Shown piece by piece: positions 37,306 through 55,531 of a stretch of DNA of 64,000 nucleotides. A program made the position numbers and the translations under genes. Source of the stretch: Balanoglossus misakiensis (Eukaryota; Animalia; Hemichordata); contig CM082588.2 in the NCBI GenBank assembly GCA_040954595.2, forward strand, positions 4,466,156 through 4,530,155, in the 5' to 3' direction. The notes beneath the pieces are model-generated. The model had not been told where the DNA came from and searched no databases. It saw nothing but the letters and a program-made list of their open reading frames with translations. Numbering within the stretch: the first letter of the stretch is position 1; every line of letters starts with the position of its first letter.

Positions 37306-40300
37306 TCAAATGCATAATGCCAGTAAAGCCGATGTCACGATCAGCCAACAGAACATTTTCGTTTCCCCAGCTGCGCTGACGTCACAGCGAGTATCGTCAG
37401 ACGGATCGCGAAATTTAATACGCCGTTCCAAACCAATCGTTATGGGTGATTGTGATGCAATGTACTCTGTCAACACGTCAGTGTCCAGGTCACCTGGTGA
37501 GAGATACAAACAAAAAACCCGTAAAGGTGAACGTTGGGTGGCGCTGTGAATTCAAAGCACTGCCTGAAAATGTGGAAAAGGTACCAAGAGAAGTTAAAAT
37601 AACCAAAAATGTCAAAAAGTAAGCGATTTGTTCTTTTAATATAGCATCGTTGTTCTAAAGTACGAAGTAGGAATACCTGCAATGTGGTAGGAGATCCTTT
37701 CGTTTACAAGCATGTCATACCCATCCCCACCATTGGCTATGTATGACGGGAGAACGATTTTATAAACTGCGTCGTTTTCGAGAGGAAGATATTCCGGGAC
37801 GTTGCATTCCGTACACTTGGCTTCGACACTTGCAACTCGTTGTCCGACAGGTTTGCTGAGGTCATAGGTCACCAATAGTCCTGGATGTGAACAGACAATA
37901 TAGTCTCAGCATCTCTAGATTCTATGAGTCTGTCTGTCTGTCTGTCTGTCTGTCTACCAGTCCGGATCCGTCTGTCTTTCTTTCTGTCTGTCTGTCTGTC
38001 TGTCTGCATGCCTGCCTGTCCATCTGTCTGTATGTCTGTCTCATCTAATTAGTGACTTACCTGACACCTGAAAGAAACGTCCATGAAGATCAGCAGGGTT
38101 GAATTCAGACACTGATTTTTCCAGTGCTTTGAGAAGGGTTGCTCCAGTTATTTCCATTAAATCCAGCGTATTCCTGAAAGGTTGTATGCTCAATATGTCG
38201 CCAATACTTATTTGGCCTGTAAGAATTCAAGAGTATTGATTGATTAATTACTTATCCAATTATTGGGATAGTGGTTACTTAGTCAGTTGGTTAATTAGCT
38301 CTAATTACTAGAAATTGACTGGTTCATGGTCACACCACAAATGGAGTAAGCGTGATCGTTGACCTACTCGCCATATCCACCGAACTTCGTATCCCTCCGC
38401 TATTCATAAGGGCAATGCTGACGTCATTCCACTTCATTTCATCCGGGTGCTTGATATTTTGGTGCACCATGGCGTCGGCGATGAGGTTACCAAGGTTACA
38501 CTCCCTCTGTCGGCAAGATTCACGTCCGCCATCCAAAAACACGTGAGTTTTGCCGATCAACTCTTCATACAAGGCTGTGACCGGTCCCGACCATTTTTCG
38601 ATTTCTTCGGCCGTTGCATTATCTGTAATTAAAGTGACAGTGGTACATTATTTGTCGGAACGTATGTAGTTTGTTTCCTGTGGCATGATTGGTCAAATCG
38701 ATGTCACGTGGCGTGCGTTAATTTTGTGCATATACACGCATGGAGCAGAATTAATGTTTTACCAATCATCATGCAAGACCCTTTAAAATCACGCATCAAA
38801 ATGTTTCCGGTATTAGGTATACATGTATATAAAGCAAAATAGAATCATTTCTCAAATAACCTTTCTCGACACTTTTGTCCAGTAGAATCGGATTTCCTGT
38901 CCAGGAAATGACGTCACCATTTTCATCAAAAGTCACGTTCAAGTAACCGAGGTATTTTCCAAAGGCGTAGTCTTGTACAACCAGTACGTTTTTGTTTGGG
39001 TCGTTGACTGGGTGGTGAACAAGTGGGTATTGGCCGTACGGATCTTCGTTAGAAGGTGGATCGCCTGAAATGCCAATAATGCGTGTAATAACTAAAAGTA
39101 CCTTTGTTATGTTAATTATATGAGGTCTGAAATGCCAACAATGGCAATGTAATACATGTAATTGTAAGCCTCCTTTGTTATAACATATGAGGTAACATGA
39201 GGTCTGTATGACCTTTGACCTACCTGAATAGAGGAAGGTATTCGAGTGTCCACCGACAACGATATCTATCCCATCCACTTGTTCAGCAATCTGTTGATCG
39301 ACGTCTATTCCAGAATGTCCTAGAGCAATGATCTTGTTGATTCCTTGTGACTTGAATGCATCCACCTCCCTTCGAATGGACTCGACCTCGGAGCTGAAGA
39401 GCAGTCTTCCTGCCAAGTACCACGAAAGTTTAATTTGAATGGAAATGACACTAAAGTGATGTTGCCATAGTAGGGCTTGGTTAGAAGTGTGTGTGTTTCG
39501 GGGGTATGTAACTATGTATGTGTGTATTTATGATGGACGGACTTACGGATGAATGAATGAATGAATGAATGAATGAATGAATGAATGAATGAATGAATGA
39601 ATGAATGAATGAATGAATGAATGAATGAATGAATGAATGAATGAATGAATGAATGAAGGGTTTACAATGTATAGTGGTCATTTCACAATGAAAATATTGT
39701 CAGGATATACAATTATAAAGTGGTTTTGGCATTAAAATACAATAACCATGGTATACCTGGTGTTGACAAATTCGGTGTTTCAGCCGTCGTGTACCCGATA
39801 ACTGCCACAAGGTCACCGCTCGGAAAGGTCACTGTGGTGGACTTCAGGTACAAGCCTTGTATGCTGGGCTCGCCAGTGTCATTGATATTGGAGCTCAGCA
39901 CCGGGAATGTCACGTTAGTCAGGAATGGAATCAGACCTTCTATTCCGTTGTCAAACTCGTGATTACCGAGTGCCTGAAGGATTTTAAAAAAATAGCGTCA
40001 ATGACACTGTGCTACTGTTTTATTAAGTGGTGCATAAATGTATGGCCCACGTACCTACCCGCGTTTCTCAACAATTAAATAATGATCGGTATACACACAC
40101 TTGATTGAATAAAATGTAGTAGAAACACAAAGCAAAATAGTGAAAAATAGCCTGAAGGTAGTGGCCCTTTAACCCTACTCACTTGGCTCAACGTCGTCTA
40201 TGGTTGCATTCGGCATATTTGTACCTTACCCCTAATCTCGTTTTTGTGTGTGTCCTGACCCTCCCTGATGGGACAGCGATAAAAGCACACGGTCATCCTG

Positions 40301-41968
40301 TTTTTTTCAAGTCAATGTTGTTAGCAACATTGAAGTAATTGTGAAGTTGACTTGTTCATTGACGGCAAGAATTGCCTTGGTCTTTGTTTGTTTGTTCGGA
40401 CCGGTGCGTGTTCTTGCTGGACAACGGCCGTCCGTTGACTGGACGCAAATTTCTTGCCTTTGTGATGGCTAATGTGTGCGTGGAGATATTTTAAAACCTG
40501 GCATAATTTCGGCTAGCCAAAAAGGATCAACGCAGGCGTCACCTTTAACGTCCATTTTGAATTTCAAACATTGGCACTGTTGTTTTGTTCTGGTCCAAAT
40601 GTTTGGATTGTGACCTCCCTTTAAAAATGGACATCTCTGAGGAATGGCCTTGCATAAAGTACTTATAAAAGTTAGATTTTCAGGGTAAGTCGGGCACCAG
40701 TTGGCAACCGTCCCTTTCCTGGACTTATGCCAGTGCGTTTGCCGCGTACGAAGCACTGCCATCGCCGCAAAGAATTGGTGCTTTCAGGTCACTGATTGTG
40801 TGAAGAAAAAAAACACGGACACAATGAAGTCCCTGACTTGCGGAATAGGTCAACACCGCCGAACAATCCACGTTTGACGTTGCTACGTTGAAACGAGGTC
40901 TAATGAGTTGTCAAGAGTGCAAAGAAAGGTGAAAGTCATTTTGTGATGTTGTCTTCAACGATTATGGTGTTGGTGACTTTCTCGCGTTTCAAGGTTAAGA
41001 GGATTATCTCGCGTGAATGTACGCATTCAGAAACTACCTGGCCTACGTATATCAAGTGTCACTTGTTATTACGGCAAAACAGCAATGCAATTACACTGCT
41101 GCCATAACTGTTTAAAGTTGTTACCATAGGAATGCAGTGCATTAATGGTTAGCTAAACATTACAGTAGGCTAGATTACATTTAGAAGAAATTGCGGTCAG
41201 TAAGGCGGGCCAAAATCATGATATTTGAGAATATTATTCCACCAATTTTCAAATAGTAATCAAACCATGGTCCTTCCTATAGTCCGAGACAAGCACAGAC
41301 AGTTGTGTGAACTGTACTAGCCTGTGAACGGACTGGACGACCATGACATAATGGTCATGTATTATTTGATTCGAATCCCTCGAAGGCGTGGTCCTTAAGC
41401 GCTGTGCGTCTTTTCTCACATGCACCATTGAATTCACTTTTGGCTTTCCGTGTCAATGCGTCCGGATTAGTCGACTGGATGTAATTTCTGAGTACGTGTC
41501 TAGTAATTCACAAGTCTGGTAGTCAGCGTTCGTTGACTTAATGGTAAAACTGTTGACGTGCGTTAAAAAGGCATATATCTAATTATATAACCGCAATTCC
41601 ATAAATTGGCAACCGGACAATGACTTTCTCTAACTTACCATTGCGTCGTAGCCGATCATCTGTGTAAAGCGGGCCACAGCCTTGCCTTTATAATGGTAGA
41701 ACCACAGAGTGCCTTGAAACTGGTCCCCGGCATCGAGCACTAACACATTCTCCTGGAGACTTCTGATTTCTTTCACCTTGGACACAATTCGAGCGACGCC
41801 TCCGTAGCACTTCTGCTCGAGCGCGTCCTCCTCACTGCACGCTCCGCCATATTTATTGGCCTCCCTGAAACGCGCGTGGAGATCATTGGTGTGCAAAATG
41901 GTCAACTCAAAGGCAGCGACAGACGACAGGTACAACGTCGCCACTGCAGCGCACCAAATATAACCCAT
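37306..41968 (-). CDS. NT5E: Ecto-5'-nucleotidase (CD73-like) copy 2, about 579 aa, catalytic motifs intact, GPI-anchor signal
   Basis: Exons 41968-41639, 39973-39757, 39409-39224, 39064-38861, 38622-38368, 38216-38061, 37880-37677, 37493-37306. Signal peptide MGYIWCAAVATLYLSSVAA; motifs HTNDLH, DAGDQFQG, GNHEFD, LGHSG, GGHSNT, CRQRECN, NSGGIRS, GGDGY; hydrophobic tail DVSAAGETKMFCWLIVTSALLALCI*. Confidence 0.95.
37928..38040. repeat. (GTCT)n degenerate microsatellite
   Basis: Direct reading; intronic in NT5E copy 2. Confidence 0.9.
39548..39657. repeat. (GAAT)n microsatellite
   Basis: Direct reading; intronic in NT5E copy 2. Confidence 0.97.
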
Positions 41969-43076
41969 GTTGACCTACGTGTCGACAAAACCAGTCGCCA
42001 GACTCGTCAACTGTAGCAACTGAAATGATTTTCACCAAACGGAAGGAGGTGTTGTTACCTGTGCGGTATGCAATACACTGTTAGTATTACCTCTGTCACC
42101 TAAAGGCATATCACGTGATACAGAATAAAGTTAGGGTTGTAGCCTGTTTAGAAACATGACCAGACGAGAACTTTTGTATTCTCGCCGTCGCTCCGAATCA
42201 GGCTGTCACGTCTGCAAAGCACACTTTCCTTTATTCTCGAAGCCACTATAGCTTTTATATGAAGGATGACATACTTTACAAAGTAAATACAGAGGGAAAA
42301 GGAATCTGGTCCAAGTTAAGTGTTGAACAAACACGACATCGTATACAAGACCAGTTACAGCGCAGCGGTTGCTATGACAATCGCAGTGGTCTAGAGGGCC
42401 TAAAATTGTCGTCTGCTTCATTTGTGCGCCCACGTCTGCCAAAAATGACTTAGGACCATCGGATTCAATTGCAGCGATGGTGAAAACGAATTTGTTTCTT
42501 TGGGGAAATACATTATTCAGACGATAATCAAGCGTGACGTGGTTTTGAATTACATTTTATTTTTTAGTACTGACAAGATATCGTACACTAGGCGATTACA
42601 AAAGTATCATAGTATCGCTGAATTTCAGCTGACAAAAACTATTAAACTATAATTTATCACCACAATTAAAATTTCGAAACATAATTTTGTAAGCGAAATG
42701 AACTTACTCCAAGATCATGCAATGGTAACAAAAAACAATATGAGGAAACGTAATAAGTTAGGGACTGGTAAGTTTTTCAGTCCGAGGGAGGGGTCGGTGA
42801 ATGTGCTGTAGTGTATGTTAAAACGTCATCGACCCAGGCCGGAGAAACTGACCAGTCCCTTATGCCAACATATTTTCTTGCAAGTTCAATTTTCGAACTG
42901 ATCCAAACTAACTAGTTGGAATATTCCCAAGTATGGCGCGAATGCAATAATCTGAATACAAATAAAGTTCACGTCTCTCTGTCGTGGGCCTGCATTGGTT
43001 TTCTTCACAGTATGACGATCGTTCATCTTGATGCCAAGTTTTCAAATTTCGTGCAATACTCTTCTTGCTCTGTCTC

Positions 43077-46176
<3,100 letters not shown>

Positions 46177-49100
46177 CTCTGCAGCGTTATAGAGTCCAAA
46201 CTGAACAAACAGCACCGATTCACCGAACTTATGCGCTTCCTTCACTTATAAGCTGACCTCTAGGGGTGGAGCTGACCCGGCACCGCCGTCTAATATAGAC
46301 CATAGGCGTGTACTTCAGTTAAAAGTCTTGCACCCGAGTAGAGGGAACATGTGACCCAACTAAGCATTTCTACAGTCGCCCCGTCGCATGAATATGCACA
46401 TCTAGATTATTGAGTGATGGTTTTTCGCCAAAAGGACATAACAGACAGTGGTTATTCAAAATGAGCCAACCATTGCGATATCACGTTTTCTTATCGGCTT
46501 ACATAACTGAAAGATATATTTTTCGAGCTCCCAGACACACCGCCCCTAGCCGAGTTAAATTAGGGGAAACGCGAACCCGAAACAGTGAAATTTTATTCAA
46601 AGGTTAGGTCAGGCGGTAATTTAGCAGTCTTGAAAAATTATTATGTCCCGAGGGACCGTAATGATTTACATCTCCCTATTTCGGTTGAGGTTTCTTTGAG
46701 TAAATCTATCTTACCATATCGAATATTCTTGAATGACAAAAATAAGTTTGAACCGGGGACACTTTTTGACAGAAACACGGTTATTGGAAACCGTGTCAGA
46801 AAAGGGGTCCGTTGGTGGAGTTTACGCACGCGTTGGTGATCCAATACTAGGCAAGAATTGTTGATCTGTAATGTGTGAGAATTTTAGAGTATAATGCATA
46901 GCATCGAGGTACAATAGTCTATTTATTCAATGTTTAGATCCGACATGAATCGCAATGGTGAAAAGTATCGAAAATAGTCACTTCTGTCTGCAAGGTGTGC
47001 AGTGGAACTTTTCCACCCAGGTATCAGGGTATACTGGTCAATTTCGTTCTACGACTCAATGGGTTAATTTGAAGACATGAAAGATGGAGCAGTTAAATAT
47101 TGACAGTCCAGGACTGGGGAAAATAATAATGGCTTCTAAGAACCGGTGATAAAATGTAATTGGCGTGACCAAAGTCAGTTGCCAGCGATGATTAATGCAC
47201 TAGTAGAGTGATCCATGTGTCCAGCACAACCAAAACATTGCGTAAGGGTCCAGTCTGTTGTTCGAATGACCCCTGATCCATCAGCGTTATTTTTGGTCAT
47301 GGTGTAAATTTTATAGCTGTGAACGAAATTTTGGTATGGGAAGAACGTACGAAAATAGTACTCACCACCCCATGAAGCTCCACATCAATCATGTAACTTT
47401 TTATTTGTCTTAGGACGTTATATGTATTGTTTCAGTGTCTTGTAGTTGCATTGTCGTTTCTTGCAAAAATTCCGTTCGACACACTTTTGCAAACGTGAGT
47501 ATGCCCTCGCCGAGTGCATGCGGGTATGTCTATCTCAAGTCTCATAAACAATTCAAACAGGCACCTTCTTATTGTAAAATTTAGGTCAGGACTTGAATTA
47601 TTTTTAAAACAAAAACACATGGGCTTATCTGGGCACCAAGTGAAACCCCTAAAAATAAACACAAGATAAGAAAATGCGTTACTGGGGTTAATTGAGGTTA
47701 ATACTGGCGAAGCAAACACCACTATTTTTATCGTCGGTGTTTTTGCTCTCGCATTCCAATCCTCTGTTACTGTCAAAGTCAACTGCGTGTAGCTGTAAAT
47801 ATGAACGTATTGAACTCATTGACGGTGAGTTCGTGACCTTAAATACTCAGACAGGGCACATTTGTTGACATCATGCTTCCTCGTTGATAGTATGCGTGTG
47901 TGTGTCTCTCTCTCTCCAGGCGACGCAGTGTGTGTTTATAGATCAGACTGGCTAGCTTTAAGAATCTGAAACTTATCTTTCGCCACCAAACTTCCAGTAT
48001 ATAAATTTAATCACTGGGGTATGCATAGTAGTATATTAACGGAGTCCGACCTAGAATGTTTAACAGGACAAGTAACAAAAATGGTGTCCCACTCAAATAT
48101 GGCCGCCCTCATGCAAATTTTGTATGCAAATACCCACACAGATGGATAACTTATGTACCTACAATTATGTACGTTGGGCACTTCACTCCACAATATGCCT
48201 AGATTATTTTAATGATGAGAAATGAAGAATCTGTCACCAATGAATGTTGCAGTAACGCAAACGACGTCTCTGTCGTTTAATGGCCAGAATTCAAGGAATA
48301 TTTTAGAAAAGTGGAATATATTTTGAGGTCAGTACGTCGCAAAGAGTTCCAGCTCATAGGCCCCTATTTACAGGCATACCAAATCGGGCTCCTGTTTCGC
48401 AGTAAGTTAATTATCCGTGAAGCAGTGATTTTAAGTCACGCGGAATAATTTCCATTTCCTCGCGTAAGTGGAATGCGCCATGAATGATCGTGTAACGCTA
48501 TGTCATACACTGCTGAACCAGCGGAGACTGTGACATTGACGATCACTTGTGTTTTAGACGAATGGCAGGGTTCGATGGCTGCAAACGTCCTCGTTACGTT
48601 ATCCGTGCCGATTCCTTAATTTATGGGAGTGTTTACTATTCGGTTACAGATGAAAATCTTGCTCTATTTTTAGGCTTTTAATGCAGGCGATCTCACTAAG
48701 CATGGACATAACATCTGAAAAAAGTTTGTACTCGAAGGAATGTAACGCGATCGATTCACAATATGATTGGGTACTTACAGTCACAACAGAAACAAATGTT
48801 GAATTCGTGACCTCTTGCATGTCTTGCCGAAGTACTTGAATACCTCATTTCCCCATTGACATGGTTAACGGACAATTTGACTTCGAAAACGGTCAGCATC
48901 CAGAAGAAAGCATGTCTTGAAATGTGGGCGTGCTTAAAGCATAGATACTCGAGAAAATCCGTACATCTACTTATCTCCATGCAAAGAATTATCCCCGCAT
49001 TACTCGACCAGTTTCATGTAATCCCCACACAGGGAATTTAATTGTGTTGGTTTTAGTACTTCTTTCAAATCGGTTTTTGTCTCGCAAAACCCGCCAAAGT

Positions 49101-50896
49101 AATGGACGCCATACCGAGTACATGTACACGACAAACAGATTTCGTCAACAACGACCGACCGACCGTTCGTCAGTTTACGTGCTTTGATCATCAGTCATGT
49201 GGGGGGACACCTGCCAACACAACACATCCATATGTAATAATTGAATGCGCCGCCAGAGAAATATGTTGGCCTACATATTTGCAATCGCAATCCAGACCTA
49301 GTAATCGGTTCAGGGACATCTGTGACAATTGCAGTTGCTGTACGAGTAGATTATGGTCTGTTTGCGCTGGTTCCCAAGTCGGCGTTTAATTTTTCTGGGC
49401 GTATGATTTATCGGTGTTCACATATTACGTGACGAATTCGTATAATTTATGTTTGCTGTATATGCGAGAAACTTGATAAAAATATGCTGGCAGATCGGTT
49501 ATCGGATAAAGTTTGACCCATATCGACTGTGTTCTAGCGACTTCCACTCGGCGTTCATGATATTTTTAACCATGATAACCAAGTCATATTTTGCATAACA
49601 GGGACCACACAAGATGATGTTTCGCCTGAGAGAATATTGTGCACGTTTTCAAAAGACAAATCTCACACAGTGCTGCCTTCGAATCAACCAGTGTTTTGAA
49701 AATCGAGCATGTAAACTGTTGACAATCAAAGTTTTCTAAGAATATTCGGACAATTTTCTAACTCGCCATCCATTTATATATTGTTTGTTTTCAAAGTATG
49801 TCGCAGGTAAAATCAATTAATCAATTGTAAAACAGAGATCGATCTTGGTTGAATGTCCGTCAACTTTGCATCCAAGTATGGCCAATCGAGGAAATGTTTT
49901 GACCAGCGCCACCATTAGGTGGCCGTTGCATAATGAAAGGTGTACGTTTAGAGATCACCCCCAAATAAACCGAGTTGGACGTTTGCCAACTGGTTAATGG
50001 TTGTGGAGTGTTATGTGTGTGTGTGCCAAATTAGATTCTTTCACATTCTTTGAATTTCACGCGGGAATACCCTATGCTCACGCAGCTGCTGTCGAGTGCG
50101 CGAGGAATTTGTCGCCCTGTCAGCACGATTTTCCAAATCAGTTTTCTTCTTTCTTCAAGTTTGCGCGTCGAAGAAATTTTGACGACGACAAGGAATTAGC
50201 TTGAATCATTTTAATTTATGTATTAAGATTTTACAGCATATGTAGACCTCCTCATTTGATCCCCGAAGCTCCCTCTATGCCACATCTTTGACGTGACATA
50301 CAGCGCGTCCCCAGCGACGAATCTTTCAGTCTTGGCAGATTGTAGAAATATTATCATTTTCTTTACAAAATATGTAATATTCGTATCAGAAGTTCTTCAG
50401 CTTGATTACTAAATGTTCTACAAAAAAGATTATATAACATTGCAAAACTTATGTAATCAATAAATATTAAGGCCACTGAGTAGCATGAGGAAGTCTATCC
50501 GATTACGGGTTTATATATTTCCAACCACAAAAATGTCTCGACTCAACCAAAATAACAACTGTTCTCTTTAAATCAGCCATAATGTCCCAGCTGTCAAAAC
50601 ACTAACGTATATGTTTCTATGGCAACTGGCCTAAGTTCACAGTCTGGAATTAGAAGTACGTGCATGGTATGGTAAAGGAGTTTAGCTAACATGTCGGGAT
50701 AAGTCTAGCAAATACTTGGCCTTCTTGTGAGTTCTTCAAGTATATATTTTACAAACAATCCAAAATTCCGCTGTGGCAGTATATTGACCGGTTGTCGAAA
50801 TTTCATGCGATCATTCTGTACGATTAAAATATTTAGATCTGGAAATTACATCGTCGCGATGCTGTTGTCGTTCTTGCCCGCTGCGCATGCGTCCGT

Positions 50897-52660
50897 TTAG
50901 AAGACGTCATCGATGGCTTTGTTTATCTGTACGGATCTCAGGGTGAGCTTGCCGCCTTCATCTTCGAACACTCTGACGTGAATATATTCGTCGTCGCCAA
51001 CGTCAACCTGGAGAGAGTCCAAATGTACAGATCGTTTAGCATGGTAGATGAGGCTTTGGTGCTCTTTAAAGGGTGGGGTTCGTCCTGTGTGCGGCTGCGC
51101 GGTTCCATTACGACACAGTAACAACTCAAGTAATTCCTCACATGAAACAAAATAACCACAAGGAGAGAGATTTTGTGCCAAAAGGTAATCAATCAGGAAA
51201 CGAGATTCCTTGCAAACATATTTGGACAAGAAATAGACAGACGATTACTAAATTTACCACTGATCGGTGGAAACTGGATACTTGGAATGTGTCTCATGAA
51301 TATGTAAATAGGAAGAAAGAGTATCGTCCACTCATCATGAATGACGTGCGTACATGTCGAAGCACACGTCCATATATACATATACTTGTACCCATATTTT
51401 CATTTAAACGTATTTAACATACGCCCTAGGACGTTAAACTACATCAAGAACAAATACAATTAAAATGCATTTAATCCATATGGCAAGTGTCCTCCATCCT
51501 AAAACTAATGAAAATCTGACGTGTCTTTTTCACGTTCTATTAATCTAGTGCCGTAGCCTCGCATTGCAGGTTGATCGGCGCTCTGCGGGGCTCTGAGTAT
51601 CGAATGTACCCCCAGGCATGGCAAACGACAGACAAGTATGCGAGTTTCGTTGCTAGGTTACCCAGAAAAGGTTATACGCGGTACTGCAGGCATTTGACAT
51701 GTAGGCCACCTTTCCCCGAGCCAGCGTCGCCACCCCTTCTGTCCAGATGTTCACTTATCTGAGTGATAACATTAACAAAAGGATGTCTTACCTTGACTCT
51801 GAAATTCTTTCCTTTCATAACCTGCACCTGATATAGCTTCACCTTAAACGTGTCAAAGTTCATGCTGATTTTATCTTCGACTTTGGTTTGCAGCTGCAAA
51901 GACAAACATAAACAAAACAATAAACAATCTGTGACGACACAACAATTTTCTATTTGGTATGTTTTCCTATTCACGTGTAAATGAGCACCACGTCGGCATA
52001 GACTTCGAATTTCAGCCAACTGTCACGTAGACAAAACCGAATCAGCGAATGAGAACACCTCAGTCATATTAGCATAATTTATGCAAAGTATGCAAGTCGG
52101 GTATGCTCCATCGGTGCTAAAAGTTCACATTCTTCCGTGTGAGTTAGTGCTGATGAAAATCTATTCGTTTTATGGATACTGCGTCATACAGAAATTTGAA
52201 GAAGAAAAAGTAAAGTTTTGATTGACTATGTTCGCGTTTTTTACCTCATAACACAGATAGTAGCGGGTCCGCAGTGCAGTGCAGTAATAATTCCTTTGTT
52301 TTCATGTTTCAAGTCTATCAGTGTTTGAGGAAAATTATTTCCAAGAAACATTTTTGTTTCAGTTATTACTGCAACTCTTGACATCACACAAATTTGGACC
52401 AAGAATTGTCAACGTCGGGTCTATGCGCTCCAAAGAACTACATCAAATACCCTGCTACGGGTTTCGGAAATCGCCCCACCCCTCCTTCTCGTCTTACGCA
52501 TCCCGCCGTTTTGTTGATGCAACAACCTGATTACACGGAAAAGGAAAGAGAAAAAGAAAGGACAAATCGACTTATCACCTACCGTATCTAACATTTCCTG
52601 AATGGCTGGCGTCCCGGGCTCCATATTCGACCACTCCCCAAGAATAACGTGATCACTCAT
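50897..52660 (-). CDS. Stefin / type-1 cystatin-like protein copy 2, 96 aa
   Basis: Exons 52660-52583 (MSDHVILGEWSNMEPGTPAIQEMLDT), 51893-51792 (LQTKVEDKISMNFDTFKVKLYQVQVMKGKNFRVK), 51007-50897 (VDVGDDEYIHVRVFEDEGGKLTLRSVQINKAIDDVF*); TATA-like site near 52718-52724. Confidence 0.87.
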
Positions 52661-55188
52661 GTTCTCTGGCTGCAAGAAAAAAGACGAAATGAGCTCGGAC
52701 GCGTTGACCGCCTTCTCTTATAAACTCTCCTCTGTTTGTTTTGACGTTCGGTATATGCTAAGTGGCGTTATTTTCAACATATATTAAGGTAGCTGGGTGG
52801 ACCTTCGAATTCTTCAGTTCCATTTAAGCAAAGTTATTGGCGACTTCGTAAATAGAATTTCCGAAAGAATGTATCCTATAAGCTCACGGTACGCGTTTTT
52901 TCTTCTCAAGGGAGCAATTTCGATGGCGTTATGTCAACCTGCAAAACGCCAATTCCTGCTACCAAAACCGGTTTGATTTTAAGTCATATCATCGAACGAC
53001 AACACTGAAAGATTTAGCGATTTTGTGTATAACGAAACGACCACTAAAATGCATACAAGTGTGTATAAATGCGCCTCGACGCCATGTTTGTTTCGTTTAA
53101 AAAGACGTCCTCTAATTAGGATTCATACCCGCATCTTGAGCGAAAACACGTAATCCTGTTATGTTTATATTTATTGTTCAGGAAAGTAAAACCGCTACAA
53201 AAATCGAAGCGCTGAACGACAAAATGTTCAGCAAATCTGAAAAGCTCCCACCAGCCTCAGTAACTTTAGGAAACATTCCATCTACCGCGGTTGCATCCAA
53301 ATTTGTCCCTTAAAAACACACGATAGTTTACATTCTTCCTCACGTATCAGTTTCAGTATATGATCAACCGTGATTCGTGCCGAGGTACTCATGCAGTCGC
53401 CCCTATCGGATGAGTGTTTCATCCCAGAAAGACTATAGCTCGGCATATCGCGGCTACCATTGGGGAACAAATAACTCCAAACAAGGTACTTTCACCGGAG
53501 AGTAACCTTGTCAGCGTGAGTCAACCTCCAAATGACTTATCGGTAGATGACTAACTTTACACATCAAAGTAATCCATCCTTGACTTGCTGATGCGCATGC
53601 CCAACAGCCTAGTGAACGACCAACCTATTTCGAAGACCTGGTTTATATACATGTACTGGTTTACGGGGGAGCGTATATATACTAGTAATTTGCATCTATT
53701 AACAGACATTTACACGGAACTCCAGAGAAATCCGAGCGAGAATAACAAGACGTGAAGTCCTTTTCAACAGAAATGCCCCATATACAATTTGCGGTCTGCG
53801 GGGTCTTTCAAAAGTAGGTGAAAGTTTGTTTTGCTGGAAACTCTGGACATCACAGAGCAACTAAAATAGAAGGTGTTGACGAATGGACGCGGGCGGGCTG
53901 GGAAGCTGGGTCAAATATGACGACCAAAAGGCAAATCAACGACAGGGTTTGTACTGGCTGGCGATGCATGGAACCAGTCTGTACCGGCGCAACCGACACA
54001 AATGGCGGGAAGATAGTTTGAGAAACTCGAAATCGGTCACCTTTGCATTTCATAATAACGAAGACGCCATTGGTTGGTCTGCCTCATTTACTGAAATCAT
54101 TACGATCCTGTGTGGTACATCGATTACATGGATACGGAATATACGAGAGCGACACTATATTTTTATTTGCCATGTTTAAGCACATTTCAACGTCACTTAT
54201 GCAGACACTAAGATTTATGGACAAAAAATACGAGAACATTCCCGGTGCCTCCTTTCCAAACCAATTACTGTTTCAGTCCATTACATATCTGCAAACATGG
54301 AGATGCTACGATCACAAATATGTACAGGTCAGACGTCAGATGTTCTCAAGCGCGACTCGTACATGACAGCTTTACAGTTGTTCTGCGACGTGTCGTATAT
54401 GTATATTTTACGAGTTGGCAGATTATAGCCTTGCTTGTACATGTAAATGCAGACGGTAAACCTCAATAATGTAGCAAGGTTTAACGCGAACTACATCAAA
54501 AATAGAATAATTTTAGAGAGGTAATTAAAAAATAAACCGTACTGATTACGGCAAATAAACCACCCCGGCTCAGTTATACCTTTCCCCATTTCGTGTCAAT
54601 AGACCGTTTGCTGGACTCCGCGAGACTCCGCGAGATCTCGCGTTGCTGGGCCCATCGTGTTTAACAACATAAAAGATACAATTTGCGTTATACTCTGCAC
54701 CTAATCTAGTCCACCCTTCGTTTTATTAGTAGATGTGCCTCTGTCCAATAGGTCACCTTCGTGTCATCATGACCCATTATGACCTTACATCCTTGTACTC
54801 GCGTCCACCAGCGATTTAATTCCTACGTTATCAGGGGATTTTTACAGCTGCCATCCGTTTCTGTTGATAAGAATCATGAATTGACTAATGTGTTGACACT
54901 AACAGTCACGTCCGCCACTGCTAATACTGGTATTTAGACACACTATTGGTAGCTCAACAACCAGACCACCAAGTCCACTATATCAAGCATTGCCATTGAT
55001 TTTGTTTATTCATTCGAGCACTGAATCAAATCGGAAAAATGTATTTGGATATTAAATGGGTATCAGGTGGATGACAGGTGTATTCGCCAGTCATGTATAT
55101 TTGCATGTTATTGGTACTGCCACCTGTTGGGAAACTGACCGGGTGAATTGAACGGGTCAGGTGAATCTGCATATTGCAAGTGCTTCAC

Positions 55189-55531
55189 CTGTTGTTTGTC
55201 CCAAAGTGCACCGGGAAAATTAGCTAGTTCACCGAGAAATTTGACGGAGGTTATAGAAGGCTGATGACCAAGCTCTCGCTGTGACCATTTCAACTCGTGT
55301 TCAGCCAGTAGAAGTCTGAGGACTCGTTGTTGGACCTGTCATCTCAGCCAGCTCTCAGACATTTCCTGTATTTCGACAGAACCACGCGTGTACATGGACG
55401 ACTGCATCTCGACCAGCCTGTCTGCCGCCACGTGCTCTTTTTCAAGTCTTCTAACAAGCCGTCAGCTTCAGAATCGCCGGTCATAAGGTAACTGCTGAAT
55501 CCTTGATTGTAAACACTAGGTGTCATTCCGC
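55189..55531 (-). pseudogene. Possible decayed coding exon of unknown origin
   Basis: Protein-like reading bounded by CAG| and |GTGAAG, broken by a frameshift at an A-run (about 55440) and a TGA at 55344-55346; no family recognised. Confidence 0.25.

Noticed and set aside
39481-39681. (FIHS)n ORF
   Set aside because: Translation of the (GAAT)n microsatellite
48798-48855. Faint tRNA-Ala/SINE-like resemblance on the minus strand
   Set aside because: Stems do not pair and the boxes are too degenerate to support a call
53818-54179. Short plus-strand ORFs with a faint retroelement-like look
   Set aside because: No reverse transcriptase, endonuclease or transposase motif recognised
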